Of a DNA stretch of 64,000 nt, positions 24,694 to 39,149 are shown one piece after another. The stretch comes from Podarcis tiliguerta (Eukaryota). The notes beneath the pieces were generated by a model that searched no databases, was not told the origin of the DNA, and saw nothing but the letters and a program-made list of their open reading frames with translations. The stretch lies in assembly GCA_965153285.1 (NCBI GenBank), contig OZ229114.1. One strand, 5' to 3'. Made by a program: the position numbers and the translations under genes. The stretch's first letter is position 1. Each line of letters starts with the position of its first letter.

Positions 24694-27600
24694 GGGGTTC
24701 CTGTGGTTCAGGGATCATATATAACATAGGACCTGCTCATTTATGCTAATTCATTTAGCATTGATGATATTTCTGTTTTCTTGCTGCCTGTTGACTTCAG
24801 GGCTCTGGATCCAGGTTTGAATACATTGCCCTGTTTTACAGTTAAATGTCTTTCTAAGTACAAAGAGAGAGAGAGTGGGAGAGAGATCCTACCAAATACC
24901 ATCTGAAATGAAATCCCAAATTGTGTATGAAATGTACCCATTGGCTCACACTCTTCCTGCAAACATCTGTTGTGTTGCCCATCTAGTGCACAGCCGCAGG
25001 TATGATTTTAGTTCAACAAGCATCTTAATTTCCCTTGTGATAAGCAAATTAATTTTGTTGCAACTCTTTAATGTTTATTTTTATGGAGAGATGAAATGTT
25101 GCTGAACCTTTTCTCTCAGCAAAATAGGGTCCAAGCCAAGTGATTAATGTGGCACAGAGATTGGTCCTGGGCAGGCCTGCCTTTTGGATGACCTTTCATT
25201 CTGCAACTGTGTGTGTGTGTCCCATATAGAAAGGATAGCCAAGGGAAACAGCAGCTGCTCACTCTCATGACCTCAGCATCCCATATAGCTCATCATCATG
25301 AGTCGTGAAATGAAGGTGAAGTGTCATGTATGTTAGGGCAAGCTGTGAAATGAAGCTAATGAAGCCCTCTGGCCAAAACCTAGGATAGTCTCTAGTGTAT
25401 TAGAACTAATAAAAGTACCCATTCAGCATTTCCCAGCGTATCTCCAGACCACCAGAAAAAATAAATTAAATGGCCTTTTATACTGCTTCTTGGTAGCGGT
25501 TTTGTGAAGGCTACAGCAACCCAGGCCTCAGTGGTGTTGTCCAAGGCCCCACTCAGCACAATGAGCTGGAAGGCCCCCAAAACCAGCATTTTGAAGTGAG
25601 TGAAGTAATACACATTGCTATTGAAAGTGGTGGTAAGGAGAGACCCATAAGACTGTTAAGTATAGTGTCTAATAACTCCACCACAGACAGGCCTTAGATT
25701 CCTGATTGGTTAAGAAAGTGTTGTCATGACTCTTGCACTCAACATGCCCTATCACTGCTCTTGCATTTCAGGAAGTCCCTTTCCTATGATGGGACACCTA
25801 GGAGTTTCCAATTTATTTAGTCTTCCCTGCTTGTTATTTTGCCCCACAATCCTCTTTTCCAAGACACTCCAAACCTGTGGATCTCTGCTGGAGCCATGCA
25901 TCAAATATTTCCTGCCTCTCTCCCTCTTTCCTTACCTTTAAATCATTTGGGGGGAGGGGCAGGACTAGTCAGGACTCATGTGGGAAGCACAAGTCAATAT
26001 TACCTAGAAAACACATCAGACTTGGCTCATCCCCCCCCCTTATGAAGGCTTTGATGACCTTTGGCCACCCCATCATAGTCTGAGTCTTCTTTGCTCTGGA
26101 TCTCTCACGGAAAGACAGCAGCTCCCCTCACAGGAGGCAGAATTGAATTAACCTAGCTGTTCTTGATTGTAAGGGACTCCCTATCATCCAACGAAACAAC
26201 ACATAACAGTCTCAACCCTCGAATGTGCCACTTTAGGTCATTGTAACCCCACCACCCAATCCAACATTGTGGAATTTCTTCTTCCTCAATACGTATGAAC
26301 ATTTGGAGCTTCTGGCAAGGTGCCACTGTGGAGCTGGCCTTCTGATGGCACCGTTCCTACCACACATTTGGGCAGAGTAGGAATCGTTCAGGGTGGCAGC
26401 CAGATCTGCTGGTACTCTTGTGCACACCCCCTTCAAAAACTGACCCCCACCCTTGTCTGGTTAACAGTAGTGACCTTTCTCAGGAGGCCACCTCTGTGGT
26501 ACCACCCCTTCCCATCAGCTGCTCCTGGCCATGTACGCACATTTCATCTCACCCTTCCTCCAGCTGTATGAACTGGCTTTAAGATTCTCAGTAAGGTATA
26601 GCCACATCAATCAGTGCAAAGATGGATTTCATTTCTTACGGTGTACTCCTCCACTTATATAATACCACTGCCTTCATTGGTCAAATGGGTTTATATATTA
26701 CCCCTTCCTCCACTGTAAAGATCTGCATAACTTGTGCACAGAGATGACAGAGAAAACAGTGTGTTCAGCACTGGCACCAGTGCATAGACTTTCTAAAAAC
26801 TCTACTGCCTTTCTCCCATCATTAAATGATAACCAGTAGAAGTGAATAGATCCTTCCTCACTCTGCACCCGTCCACAAAATATAATATCCTTCCCTCTGA
26901 AGTGTGACAGATAAACGATCAGCCTGCTGAAACTTCAGCTCCCAGAGGCCATTATACTAAATAAGTTCACAATTAAAACTACCAAAGAATAAATTTGCTT
27001 TTACCTGGAGAGACAAGTGGTTTGAAATCTTAAAATAAAAATCAGACTATATTATCTACCAGTGTTACTGGTGCCTGGGGGGAAACTTTTATTTTTATGA
27101 GCAATTCCACTGCTGCTTCAGAATTTTTGTCCAGAAAAAACTATGTGGAACACTATTTCAACTTTCAGAGTTTCATCTCTTTTGAAATCTGTTTTGAAAT
27201 CACTCCCAGTTTAACTCTTATTAAATTGAACTAGGTCTCTTGAAAGCCAGTAATCTGATAGGTTTTACTAGCATGAAGATTTTCATTTCAAAAAAGAATG
27301 TCAAGAATAAAAAGGGTATACACATCTCCTTGTAAAGTGTATTGCTGCTTATCTTACATATTATGGAGATAATATCAGGTGTGAGAAGCTGTGATGAACT
27401 GCAGAGGAACCAACAGATTCCCTCTCCTGCTTTAGCTGGCACACACTGGTAGTTATGCGCAAAGACTCAAACAAATGCAAAGAGATTGCACCTCCAAATG
27501 TGAATGTGAGGAACTGTGCAGTGCTAGAGGCTTGGTCCTGATGTTGCTTCCCTGGAACTTGATCTTGTTATGCCAGAAATGGATGTTGTTGAGATGCCAG

Positions 27601-29129
27601 GAATGTGCAGTGTGTCTAAGCCTCAGTGGCTGCTATGTAAGTAATGTGGAAGAGTCAAGTCAGGTGGGAAGCAGAGTAGAGAAGATGCTGGGAATCTGAG
27701 TGGAGAGTATTGAGAAAGCAACAAGGTAAGTTTTGTTTCTTGGGGAGACAGGAGGTATTTCAGCTGGAAGGCTGACCTCTGAGATGACTCAGCAAGGTTG
27801 AGGCTGGGAGAAGTTATGCTGTTTTGGGGATTGCAGAGATCCTAAATAGGCTCTGTTGGATCTTCTTGGAAAGGGATATTTTTCAACAGTGAAGTTCCAC
27901 ACTTATTACTGAGGCTGCAATCCTAGGTAGGCTTCCTAGGTGGAAGCCCAACTGAGCTAATGATCTTTCTTTTTCTGAGAAAACACATAGGTGTTTGGGC
28001 TGTGTCTGGGGTATTTTATTTTACCTCCAGGTCAACTGAGTTCTCAAGTTGAGGATGCCTAGCTATGGGCATCCAGGCTGCTGCCATGTTAGGTGGCAAC
28101 TTTCTCTTCCCTTTCCTCAACTCAGTGAAAATGAACTTGTCAACCATGTATTTCAATCTTTGCAGCCAATGGCTGTCTCTTGAGAATGGCTCTGGGAAAA
28201 ACTTGTTTAGGTAAACACCATTATTAGGGAAAATGATTCTGCCACACTCATTAAGTGCTGTGTCTAAAATCTGGGGAAGCAGATGGAGTACTGGGCACTC
28301 TGTACATGCTCAAAGGTGCAATCTGGTTGCAGGAAGCTATAACTGGATGTAAGCCAAGCTAACCAGGCCTTCTCTAGTGTTCTAAACTGGAAATCTATTT
28401 TTTTCTCTGCACTCTTTCTGCTTTATATACCCCCTCGTCACTCTTGGCTGGAGAACTGAGGCCTAGTGTCCTCTGTGGCTTTGAAAAATCATGTCCAAAC
28501 TTTACTTGGTGTGGATATAAATGGAGCAGCACAGAAAAGTGTTCTGCTCAAGGGGTTTGGGGAGTTCTGTTGCTTGACTGGAGAAGGGAGGCAGTGGCTG
28601 GCTCTGGGGAACCTCAGGCAATCTATATGGATCACATAAAATCAAGCTTCTCATTATGTTGTAACAAATTGCTAATTCCACTGAACGATGAGGTTAACGA
28701 GGCTCCTGTCAATAACAGCAGTTCAGCAAACAGGCGCTCAATATTCTGAGCAAATCCACTTTAATCAGCATTTTAAGTGGGAGGGGGGAAAAGAGAAATA
28801 AACTGAGTTTAAAAGGAAAAGTCCTTCTCCTCTTATATTAGCTCTGCAGTGTCAGTAAAACTTAACAAGGAAAAGGCATCGCAACATTCAGAGGTTATTA
28901 CATAGCTCCCTGCCTGGAAGACTACTAAAGCCAGTGGGAAATGTTCCAATCTTTGTATTTGCATTTGATGATGGTAATAATGATAGGAAATAAATTCTTA
29001 TACATTTGATTGGGGTACCAGCTGTAGACTTGAAAGGGGATCATAGGGTTTTGCTGGGGGGGGGGGCTACAGAGCAGAAGGTCTAGGTTTAATCTCAAAA
29101 ATATCCAGGTAGCGTTGGAAATATATCTT

Positions 29130-29222
29130 GCCTGAAATGCTGGACAGCTTCCGTCAGTTAGTGCAGGCATTCTGTGCATATTGGGCTAGATGGACCAATG
29201 GTCTATCTCTAGCTTCCTATGC
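29130..29222 (+). mobile_element. CR1-type 3' tail fragment
   Basis: ATATTGGGCTAGATGGACCAATGGTCT..AGCTTCCTATG. Confidence 0.6.
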
Positions 29223-29509
29223 AGGTAATTTTTCTTATAGCTATGCCCTTGAAGAAGGCAGGAGTTAGTTACCTTCAGGTTAAAGTTTAAAAGCATGTCG
29301 CTTAGCAAATCTTGCAGGTATGTTTCAAAGGCTAAAGCCTACACTGATGAAAATGTATGCTCTCCCACTTTTACAGGAGGCATGTTTTGAGAATTATGTA
29401 TATAGAAACTTGGTCAGCTGCTAATTTTACAGGTGCTCCACACATTTTCCAGAGCGGATTGCCTTCAAGCCCTCTGGCTCAGCAACCACTCCCTCCATAC
29501 ACATATAGA

Positions 29510-29692
29510 TAGAAACCTAGGAGGATGCTTTCTAGTTAGTCAGATCATTGGTCCATCTAGCTCAGTATTGTCTATGGCAACTAACAGTGGTTCTCCAAGG
29601 TTTCAGGCAGGGCTTTTTCAAAGCCCCGTCTGGGAATTGGGAATCAAACCATTTTCATGTATAGCGTGTGCTCTACCACCGAGTTTCAGCCT
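29510..29692 (-). mobile_element. tRNA(Ala-like)-derived SINE with CR1-type tail
   Basis: Colinear with copies at 51667 and 61733; CATTGGTCCATCTAGCTCAGTATTGTCTA tail; GCTCTACCACCGAG is reversed box A. Confidence 0.7.
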
Positions 29693-30991
29693 TTCATTTT
29701 TGCTTCTGTATTGGCATTTGATTGCCCCCCCCCCGGCTGATTCTTCAGGTGGGCCAGGAGCCTCTACTTGCTGACCCCTACCATTGGACTGTTACGTAAC
29801 AAGCGGCTCTCATCCATAGTGTCCTCTTCCAGGAACATTGTTAGAGACCTGCCAAGAGTGACTAGAATGGATAGTTCTTCATTATCCCCAAGCTCTTCAT
29901 TTACCCAGCTGAGTTATGTTCTTGGGGAGGGAGAAGTTTGGGACTAAATCATCCCATTTCACAAGGATTGATTTGAGAAAATGAGAATGCCCAGATGCAC
30001 TCAATTAGGTGTGCTAAATCATTACCCATTAGAAAAAAAAGTTGGTCATGCCTCCTTTAGCTTCCTTCCATACCTTGTAATTCATGTGAAAATTAAATCC
30101 AGGAATAAATTGCAACAATCAGCTCCCCAATGCAGCCAGGTTGCTGGTCATTTTCAGGGTAGAGGCATAATTCACCGCTGGCTAAGAAAAGATGTAGTCT
30201 TCTGTGACCACTTTTCCTGATGCTATTGAGCACGTATTAGACTGGGCTCTAGTTAGGTATGATAGTTGAACCTGCCCTCTGTGTGTGCTTTCAGAGACCA
30301 AACAAGGTTTGTACAAACTACTATCACAAATGGGAGTGGAGAAGGCTGTAAAAGTAGTGTGTGCCCCAGATAGCAGCATTTGAGAGTGCAATCATGCAAG
30401 GAACTCTCCATGGTATCTGGAGGAGGACCCATTATAAGAAAATGTTAACTTGTCAATTACATATGCACAGAGTTCTTCACTGACCTGGAAAGGGAACCAC
30501 ATATGCTAGCCAGGGACACAAGTTCTTTCCTTAATATCTTATGTCCTTTGCATAACGTTAGCCTCCTGCTAAGTGAACCGATGTCCTGAACAGCCATTAT
30601 AACAAAATGAACAGCTCTTGTTTCGTGTTCCTCTTCCACTTTGATAAAAAAAAAGGATTGTGTCAGCCTGTGGTGAGCAATTCATTCAGCACTTAATGTT
30701 GCTGATAAAAAATAGTGGGACTCAGTGGGACATAGCTCATCTGGCACATGTCGTGGTGGCACAGTTTGCATAAATGTAGTTTGAACATAGTAGGCACTAG
30801 GCAAAGCTACATGATAAAAATGCCCCTCAAATAAACATTTGGGGGCAATTTCCAGTGAGGCATAAAACCTGTCAATCCAGTGTCACTTATCAGGATGTAG
30901 ATATCATTGAAATGAGTGGGATTTATATCCAAGTAAACATGCTTAGGATTGAGATGAAAGAATATGTGGAAGCTGAGGACAGGCAAAATCA

Positions 30992-31233
30992 GAAGTGGAA
31001 ATCTCTGGTTGTTGAGATGTTCTTGGACTCCAACTCCCATCAGCCTCAGCCAGCATGTCCAACACTCAGGGAAGATGGGAGATGGAGTCCAACAACATCT
31101 GGGGGCATCACAGGTTCTCCATCCCTGGTCCTAAAGCATTGAGATAGCAAAATTGCAGGGACAAGGAACCAGGCCATTGACCATGCTGGCAGGTGCTGGT
31201 GGGAGTTAGAGCTCAACAATGTTTGGTAGGCCA
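30992..31233. mobile_element. Palindromic hAT-like MITE (30992-31127) plus adjacent half copy (31175-31233)
   Basis: GATGTTCTTGGACTCCAACTCCCATC / GATGGGAGATGGAGTCCAACAACATC; right TIR AGGTTCTCCATCCCTG. Confidence 0.8.
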
Positions 31234-32199
31234 AATGGCAGAATGCTCTAAATGGCAGAATTTTAGAGCTGGAAACTTGCAGAGGCCAGATATGATCACA
31301 GATGAAACACTTTCATATCACCTAACGCAATATCAAACACAATATGTGCAAGACATGTAGGTCATGCCTTCAGCTCTGAGTTATCAGGTGATGTACTTGC
31401 ATGTGTAAATCCTCTTTGATGTCCAGATCCTGACACCTGAAGCAAACCTGGGTCTCATTCTCCTGTTTTCTGAGAGCTGGCATGCTCAGCACTACCTCTT
31501 AGGGTTTCTTAGGGTTGCAAACATCATTTAAAAATAAACACAGAGTGTCCTTGCTCATTCCTATGAGCTGCTGCACTGACACAATGGGTGGCAACAGAAA
31601 TTGGCATTGCTTGTCCACTGAGCACCATGCATGTGCAGTCACATGGGAAGCCAGTCATTTGTAGCATCCAACCATGCCATGAAGTTATTTTTAGCACATC
31701 TCTGCTTCCCTGGATTTCTGATTAGTTGCAGAGAGTTGGTAAAAACACCTCACTGCGTGATCAGAAGCTTCAGAGAATATACAGGAAATATGAGTTGCCT
31801 GTTGCTTTCATCATGCCTACCTTCTGCCCACATGCCTGTGTGTACACCGCAGAAAGTTGACCATTGGCAACTATAGGAGAAACGGTCATAGATAAGCCAC
31901 TGACTCAAATGATAAGTGAACAGGACCCTAGTTTTGATATTTTTTAGCACTGTGCACTGCAGTGGCACCTAAACCCCAGTGTGGAACTGTGATTTGTTGG
32001 CGGGGAAATACCCAATTTGTTGCTCCAACTAAAAGTCTCTTTTCTGGCACATTTCTTATTGATGGGCATGAAATATTGTGTAGGGCTGGAGGATGGCAGC
32101 TAGCTGTTTAGGCCCAAGGGCCACATTCACCAATAGCCAACCCTTGAGGGGCTGCACATGAGTGTGTGTGTGTGTCTGAAAGTGGCCACTCTGCATATT

Positions 32200-32252
32200 G
32201 TCTGTCTTTCTGTCTTTCTGTCTTTCTGTCTTTCTGTCTTTCTGTCTGTCTT

Positions 32253-32283
<31 letters not shown>

Positions 32284-32285
32284 CA
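32200..32285. repeat. (TCTTTCTG)n/(TCTG)n microsatellite
   Basis: Read directly; explains the low-complexity ORFs at 32056-32477. Confidence 0.97.
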
Positions 32286-33451
32286 CTCACATGCACACAC
32301 GTACAGGCACATAGCTCTTCCTCCTCAGTTGATCGGATGATCTCTGTTCATCAAATGATCACTCAGATGATTAGGGAGGGGGTGATTTTCATCCCCTTCA
32401 AGATATGGGGCTCCACTCACCCCAGAATTTTGACTATTTTTATTCTTTCAACAACCACCAAAATTGGTGGGTTCTAGGGAGTGGATAGTTTTGCTTGGTG
32501 GACTGAATCAGATCCCCAAACTGGTGTAGAGGATATTTTGGTAGTGGTGGGGAAATCACCGTTCAGTACTAATCCTGACCTGAACCTCTGAATTCCCAGC
32601 CCCAGTTCTTCATTAAAGCAAGGACCCCCAATGATATATTGATTTTGAGATCACTGTTTGGAGGAAGCCAGTGGTATCAGTGATTTAACCAAATGAGATA
32701 TATCTTTACAAACTGAGGCATGTGGCAACATTTAATGGGGACATTAATTTTTTTCCCTTTTATTTGTTCCCCTATTTGAAAATTTAACAAAAAGGAAGGA
32801 AAATACTAATATAAGCACGTTTCCCCCCCCCCACCTAGCTTGCCTGTGTCCACTTACTTTATTTAATCATTTCATCTTGCGCATATTTGGAAGCCTAACT
32901 GGCCATTCTTCTCCCCCCCTCCCAAATCCACAGGGGCAATTTGATGTGATTTGCCATAATATATAATGATTCCCAGCACATTGTGACTCATGGCTGTTCC
33001 CACAGAGAAGAGCCCCAGAAACCTTTTAAAAATGCCTATTCAAAAGGAAATGCAGCAATCTTTCAGCTGTTTATTGAGTCAGCAATAGGCAAATCCAAAA
33101 CGGGTTGCGCCTCTGGGAACTAAAGCATATAACAAAAAGCAAACACCACCCACTGTTTTCTATTTGTACAAGCCTGAAGCATGGCTGGTGGAGGGAGGCA
33201 GGGGCTGGGGGTCTCTCCAGCAAAACCCGGCTCTGCTGAATGGTAACAGGTGCTTAGCTGAATCATTTGGCACTTGTAAAAATTGGTTCACAAATAATTT
33301 GAAAGTCATTATGGAAGACTTAAGACACAATGTGGGACTTTACTGCATTGTCCTTAAACAAGTACCGGAATCATGCTCATTATTGTTGGTCCAGCCTTCG
33401 TTAAGATATATGTTGACTTTCTATTTTCGCAATAACAAATAAGAAAATACC

Positions 33452-33632
33452 CTGGGAAGAGGGGCTGGTTGTTAAACCACTCTGAGAAATGTAGATCTCT
33501 GAGGGGAACAGAGGCCTTCTAACAACCCACAGCACCCTAAGCAAACTACGGCTCCCATAATTCTTTGTGGGAAGCCATGACTGTTTAATGTAGTCTCATA
33601 GTGCTTCAAATGTACGGTGGGAATGTGGTCTC
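33452..33632. mobile_element. MITE fragment related to the 17621 element
   Basis: Shared CAGCAC..AAACTAC..TCCCA..ATT core and GTGCTTCAAATGTACGGTG end. Confidence 0.55.
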
Positions 33633-35065
33633 AGATGAATAGAAAGGAATTTTAAACTGTGCTAAGATGTCTACCTCATCCTTCTCTTCTGAATCTATTT
33701 AAACTAGCCACGGTTGGGACTTCAGTGCCTTCATCTTAGATAATCAGATGGGAAATGCTTGCCACAAAGTTGCCGAGAAAAATTTGGTAGAGGGCATGGC
33801 TGGCTTTTTGATATGTGGTTACTTGTTGTTATACTTAAGCACTCCCTGGATGCCAGGAAGAGGCAACTACAACAAGAGCACAAACCTTCCTAGATTTAAA
33901 CTGATTTTATTCCCATAGAAATAAATTGCTTGCCAGTTTTTGGTGGAGTGTTTTCCTGACGGCAGGCTCCCCCTGGTGGCCAGAGAGGACAGCCAACAGT
34001 TTTCCAGTTTGGATCTCAGCACCAGGTTTGGGCCTGGTAGTGAAATGCTTGGAAGAGATCTCCTGGGATATCCCAGAGATCCAATGGGACAAGCTGCGTA
34101 ACAGACAAGCTATGTCAGTTGAAGGCCCCTTAAGTGCTACTGTTGTGACTTGCACTAAATGGTCTTCAGAAGGGTTATTAGAAAGGGGAAACAGCTGACA
34201 ACCCACTCTCTCCATTGTGTGGGCTAGCATTTACCCACTCAACCTAATATTTCCAGTATTACCAGTTAGTGGGCAGGTAACTCATCTGACAGGCTTATTA
34301 CTTATCCCTGTGTCAAGGGACCCCCCCCCCCAAATCAAGTGCTGAAGACTAAAGTTGCTGCAAAGTTTGAGCAAAGCTGGCACTTCATCAAAGATCTTAG
34401 CTGTTCTTGTACAGTGGAACTTTCATGTCTTTAACCTACCAAGAAGCACATAAGTTACTTCATTGGATTTATCTTCTATATGGGAAGGTGTACAGCACAC
34501 AGAGTGAAATTAAAAATGAAAAGTGACCCACTTAGAGCCACAATTCAACAGTGCTAAACATTCTGGCACTTTCAAAAACTTATGGACTTAAGCAGGTGGT
34601 TCTGCCTTGGATTTTGGCCTAAGCATTTATTGTGCGCCATTTGGATGCAAACGTAAGTCTTGGAAGTTTTAATTTATTCATTTCATTTAATTTATTTAAA
34701 ATACCCCCCCCCCCACTTCAGCAAAAAAGGCCACCTCGGCTGGTTTACAAATGTCACTGATAAGACATACCTCAAGCATACCTTCTAAAAGACATGACTC
34801 AAAAGGAAAAGGTTTAAGGAGGGAGGAGGAAAAATGAACAAACTCAGGCATTCTTTGTCCCAGCCTTCCCCTTCAGAGGAAGTGCTCAAACTCTAAGCTG
34901 TTGTTCCGAGAACCTCTAGACTAGAGCATGCCACACCAGGTGCAGAAAGTGCCATCCTCATATAGTATCACCTCCTTGGCTCACATGCACATGACACAGT
35001 ATAAGCAGCGAGCTATCAGGCCATGAAATGTCCTACTAGACATTTGAAACCATCCACCTTTCCTG

Positions 35066-35160
35066 CAAGGGTTGTTAACCTGGTGTGCTCTGAAGCTGTT
35101 GAACTCCAACTCCAGTGGCCCCAGCCAGCATGGCCAATGTTCAGGGGTGATGATGAGAGA
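35066..35160. mobile_element. Palindromic hAT-like MITE, partial
   Basis: CTGTTGAACTCCAACTCCAG..CCCAGCCAGCATGGCCAATGTTCAGGGGTGATG. Confidence 0.65.
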
Positions 35161-35325
35161 TATAACACTCATTAGATCCAGGGGTTCCGTATCCCTGCTA
35201 TAGTGCTTACATTTCCCCCTCTGTGTGGGGAACCCACCCCCAAGTTGAGGAGGACATTTTTTTGTATCTGGAAGTATACTCTGGTCCAGGGAAACTTGTG
35301 CCTTTATGCATCTGTTTTTCTTGAA

Positions 35326-35362
35326 GACCTCTTGCTGTACTCTGACCTCTTGCTGTACTCTG
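35326..35362. repeat. Exact 18-bp tandem duplication GACCTCTTGCTGTACTCT x2
   Basis: Read directly. Confidence 0.95.
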
Positions 35363-37901
35363 TATTTGGGTTCCAAAATCTGATGGCAAATATTGTACTG
35401 TGTAAGTATAGCAAATACGGCAGAGATTAATGGTGGAGGAGACACAGGTCATTGCTTGCATATGTTGAAGTGAGTGTAAGAACAGCTTTATCCCTCTGTT
35501 CTTTACTCAGCATGGTGTGCATGGTGCAAGTTCAGCTAATCCTGAAATATATGGCTATTTTCAAAAGAGTGGATAGAAAGCCACTGAAATGCAGAAGGAT
35601 TAGCCTCCCAGAAACAATAAATATGTGCATACATTCTGGTTTCTACTAATGGAAAGGGAAGGAGGTCATGTCACCACATGCAATGGTATCAAAATTCCCA
35701 AGCCATTATATGGCAAGACTTACCTCTGTTCTTTCCCAGCAATCCAGGTCTCCATTCCTATCACATGGCTCATTTCCCCATCATTTCCCTTCTTTCCATT
35801 CTATGTGACTACGTAGCTCCCCTTTTCACTTTGTCTTAGTACATTCACTCCCAGCATTCCCTTTCAGGTTTTTTGTTTTAGTCTTGCTCCTTCTCCAAAC
35901 TTTCCTGGTGGATGAGGATCAGTTCTCCTACACTAGTATCTACTGGTAATTCACCAATCCTCACCCTGTCCTGTCTCTGTGGGAGGAGGTATATTTCCAT
36001 TGTACTGGCTAGAAGGGTGCAATTGATCTCTAATGGGGCTAGAGAGAGAAGAGGTATTGGATTGTTACAGCTTTAGTTCTTGTTTCTCCCTTGCCAGCTT
36101 CTTGCATTTATTTAGCCCTGAAAAGGCAAAACAGCACCACCAACAAAATCCCATACATTATTAGCAGCTTTGCTGTTCCTCTCTTGACAATGTCTATTAA
36201 TCATCTGCACCACCATGTCGCTGTTGTTGTGGTTGCTGATGATGAAGCAAGTTTGGGACTCCTGATCTATGCAGTGTGCTGGTATGCAATAATCCCATAG
36301 ATCCAACAATCTCTGGGGCTGTGCCAGCACCGCTGTTTGTGCTGGGTTATGGCATACACTATTACATGTGCATCTGGTTTGCAGTTGGTCAGAGATTACG
36401 CCTACCATGTGAGTGTGTCATTCCTTTTTGCTCTGCCTATAGCAGCTCCCAATCCCTGCCTGCAACGAGCAGTGTGACTTAAGTGCCATGATCAGAAGCT
36501 AATTTGGCATGCCCTCTCCCTCATTTTGCACATGCCGAGATGATTTGCAGCAGCATGCATGCAGGGCCAGGGTCAGCGGCCAGCATAGTTGAGCACCAGC
36601 CAAGGCACATAGCTCAGCAGAGGGCAGTGGGAGTCATCTGGCTCGTCTGCTTCTCCTGCTTTACTGTAGCTGGCTGCTTGCTTGCTTAAGAACCTTATGC
36701 CTCAGATGCAGAGGGAGTGACCAGTGACTCAGCAATGGCATTGTGGAGGAGCAGGAGCACCCATGTGAGTGGGTTGCTGCAATGGCAGTGAGGTGCTGTA
36801 GCACCAACCAGTGGCAATGTTGCTATGGAGAGGGGTCCTACTGTGGGTATGGTGTCAAGAACCCCAGTTTAGCCATCACTGCATGTATTTATGGCCGATA
36901 GAGATGGCGGTACTCCTCCTGATGGCATTCATTACTTGCAAACAAAATGTCATCACAATAACCAGCTTCACTGTAGCTCAGACAGATATGTAGTTCTTCT
37001 TCTAAACTTCTGTTCTCCTACAAAATCAGCATTCTGGAACACTAGTCAGTGCACAAATCCATGAAAGGGCTATCCTTGTGTGCATGTTCATAACTCCAAT
37101 ATTTACTGGCTGGAGGAACATGAGGATATTCTAGATGTGTAACTACAGCCAGTGAACTTTTTCTCAGTCCAGGAGCAACCCATAAGTGTGGAAAGGAAAG
37201 CCTGACACCCACTCTCTTATAATAATGTGTGAAGAAAGATGTGGACAATCAGCTATGGATTCAGTCTTGAAAACATTGGCTCAAACAGAAATGATCTCAA
37301 TGATGAGCATGGAAAGGCACTGAGTACTAAGCTACCTAATATACCCCATTACATGCAGTAAGATTCAAATGGTCACTTTAGATAGGGAAATGCCCACTAG
37401 GAGTGGGTGATTTGTAGAAGAGAAGAGGCAGAAGGGGTGGTGCTTAGTCTACCATAGAGACATACCCCATGCAACTTCCTTTCTGCAGCGTTTCAGATGC
37501 ATTCAAGGTAAAACATACTAACACATTGAATCCCTTAGTAGAAAAGCCCCTGGTGGAGGAGAATTTGGAGGGGAAAGCAGTGGGTGATGGAGGGTTAAGC
37601 AAAGAAGCACCCCATCCCATTGACATATCCACTGCAAATAAGCAAAGGTTGATTAGCCCCAGGAAAACAGCCATTGGAGTGTAACATGTAGTTCTGCCCT
37701 TGGGTTCAGACCTCCAGATGAGTACTTTCTTAAAGGGTAAAGTTGTGGCACCTCTCCTTTTAAAAATTAAGCACTGGTGGTGTGTAGAAGTGGCAGATGA
37801 GTCCAATTACCTACAGTCCACAAACAATGGGACCCCTAAGGAAGCAGAAGTAAGTAGCTGACATGAGCGCAGTGATCAAATGGATTGTTTCCCACTTGCA
37901 G

Positions 37902-37943
37902 AACAGCTGACATTTCATTAACAGCTGACATTTCATTAACAGC
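37902..37943. repeat. Exact 18-bp tandem duplication AACAGCTGACATTTCATT x2.3
   Basis: Read directly. Confidence 0.95.
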
Positions 37944-39149
37944 AATATCTACTTTGTTTGGCTCTCCCTGAGTCAGTTCTATCTTTATTCTATACCTGAT
38001 TTATGCTTCTCACAACGATCCATCTCTATATATGATTTATGCCCTGGAGACCTCTCTATTTTGAGCAAATTTCACATTCCCCAAACTGTTTCAATTATGA
38101 GAATAGCTGTGCTTTGAAGCTCCCCCATATAATTTCTGTTGGAAGGGAGTGTGAAGAATCACAAACTGCTTTTCACACTAAAAATGCTGTACTGTAGATT
38201 AATACAGTATAATGCACCTTCCAGCTCCTCTGAGGCTGCAGATGCTGCTGTTACTGTTGCAATTACACAAGCATTGTGAGCGCCTCACAAGCCAACAATA
38301 GCGGCTGCACAGTCCTGCTGGATTCCCTCCCGCACTGCATCTCATTTTCATTTCCTGCAATGGGTGACCCAATTTATCCTACAGCTTAATTAAAAACAAC
38401 AATAGCAGCACCTTCTTGCCTAGGAAGCTCAATTATTGGAAACTGAGTCATTTTACATGAACAATTCCAATACTACAGTCAGTACACTTTAGCTCTGGTA
38501 TAAGCCTCTGGGGAATTGCTCATGTAACCAAATACTCCTACTGGTGCTCCCTTGCCTTCTCTTAGCATTCAGTCATGAACTCGCAATCTCTGTGAGCTGG
38601 CAGTTCTTTGCAAAGCCATCTGAGTAGCACACATCCTAAGGGCTGCTCTTTCTCTGCCAAAGAAATCTTAATGAAGGGAAACCACCATTAGTAGTTACAT
38701 TCAATATGATGGATGTCATAGTGGAGGTGAGCAGCCAATTGCTGTTCTAATGCCCCAGGGTGTCATCCAAGATTGATTGGTAACAGTCACAGTTCAGCCC
38801 CTTCCTTGTAGCCTGGTTCTAGTTTGGTAGGCATTTTATGCACAGCTTGGATGATACCTGTGATGGCAGGTGAATTGTCTGGGTTTTCAGGAGGGCAAGA
38901 TGGAGCTCCAGGGTGTCTGTGTTCACAATCTATAAAAGAGAATAAAATGCAGTGATAGCATGTTCTCTCCCTCTCCCTCTCCCTCTCTCTACCCACCTTT
39001 CTTCTTCAATGTGTCTTGGATATGTTTGTTGTGATTGCTAGGGATTAGTGGGCACATTTGCAGGACCATGTTCAAGGCTACTTGTTGCCACCTGCAGATC
39101 CAGTGTTTGGGACAAATGCCCGACTGCCTCTATATGCCTACTCCTAGAG

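Noticed and set aside
32056-32477. Repetitive RQTD/RQKD and SVCL ORFs
   Set aside because: Translations of the (TCTG)n/(TCTTTCTG)n microsatellite
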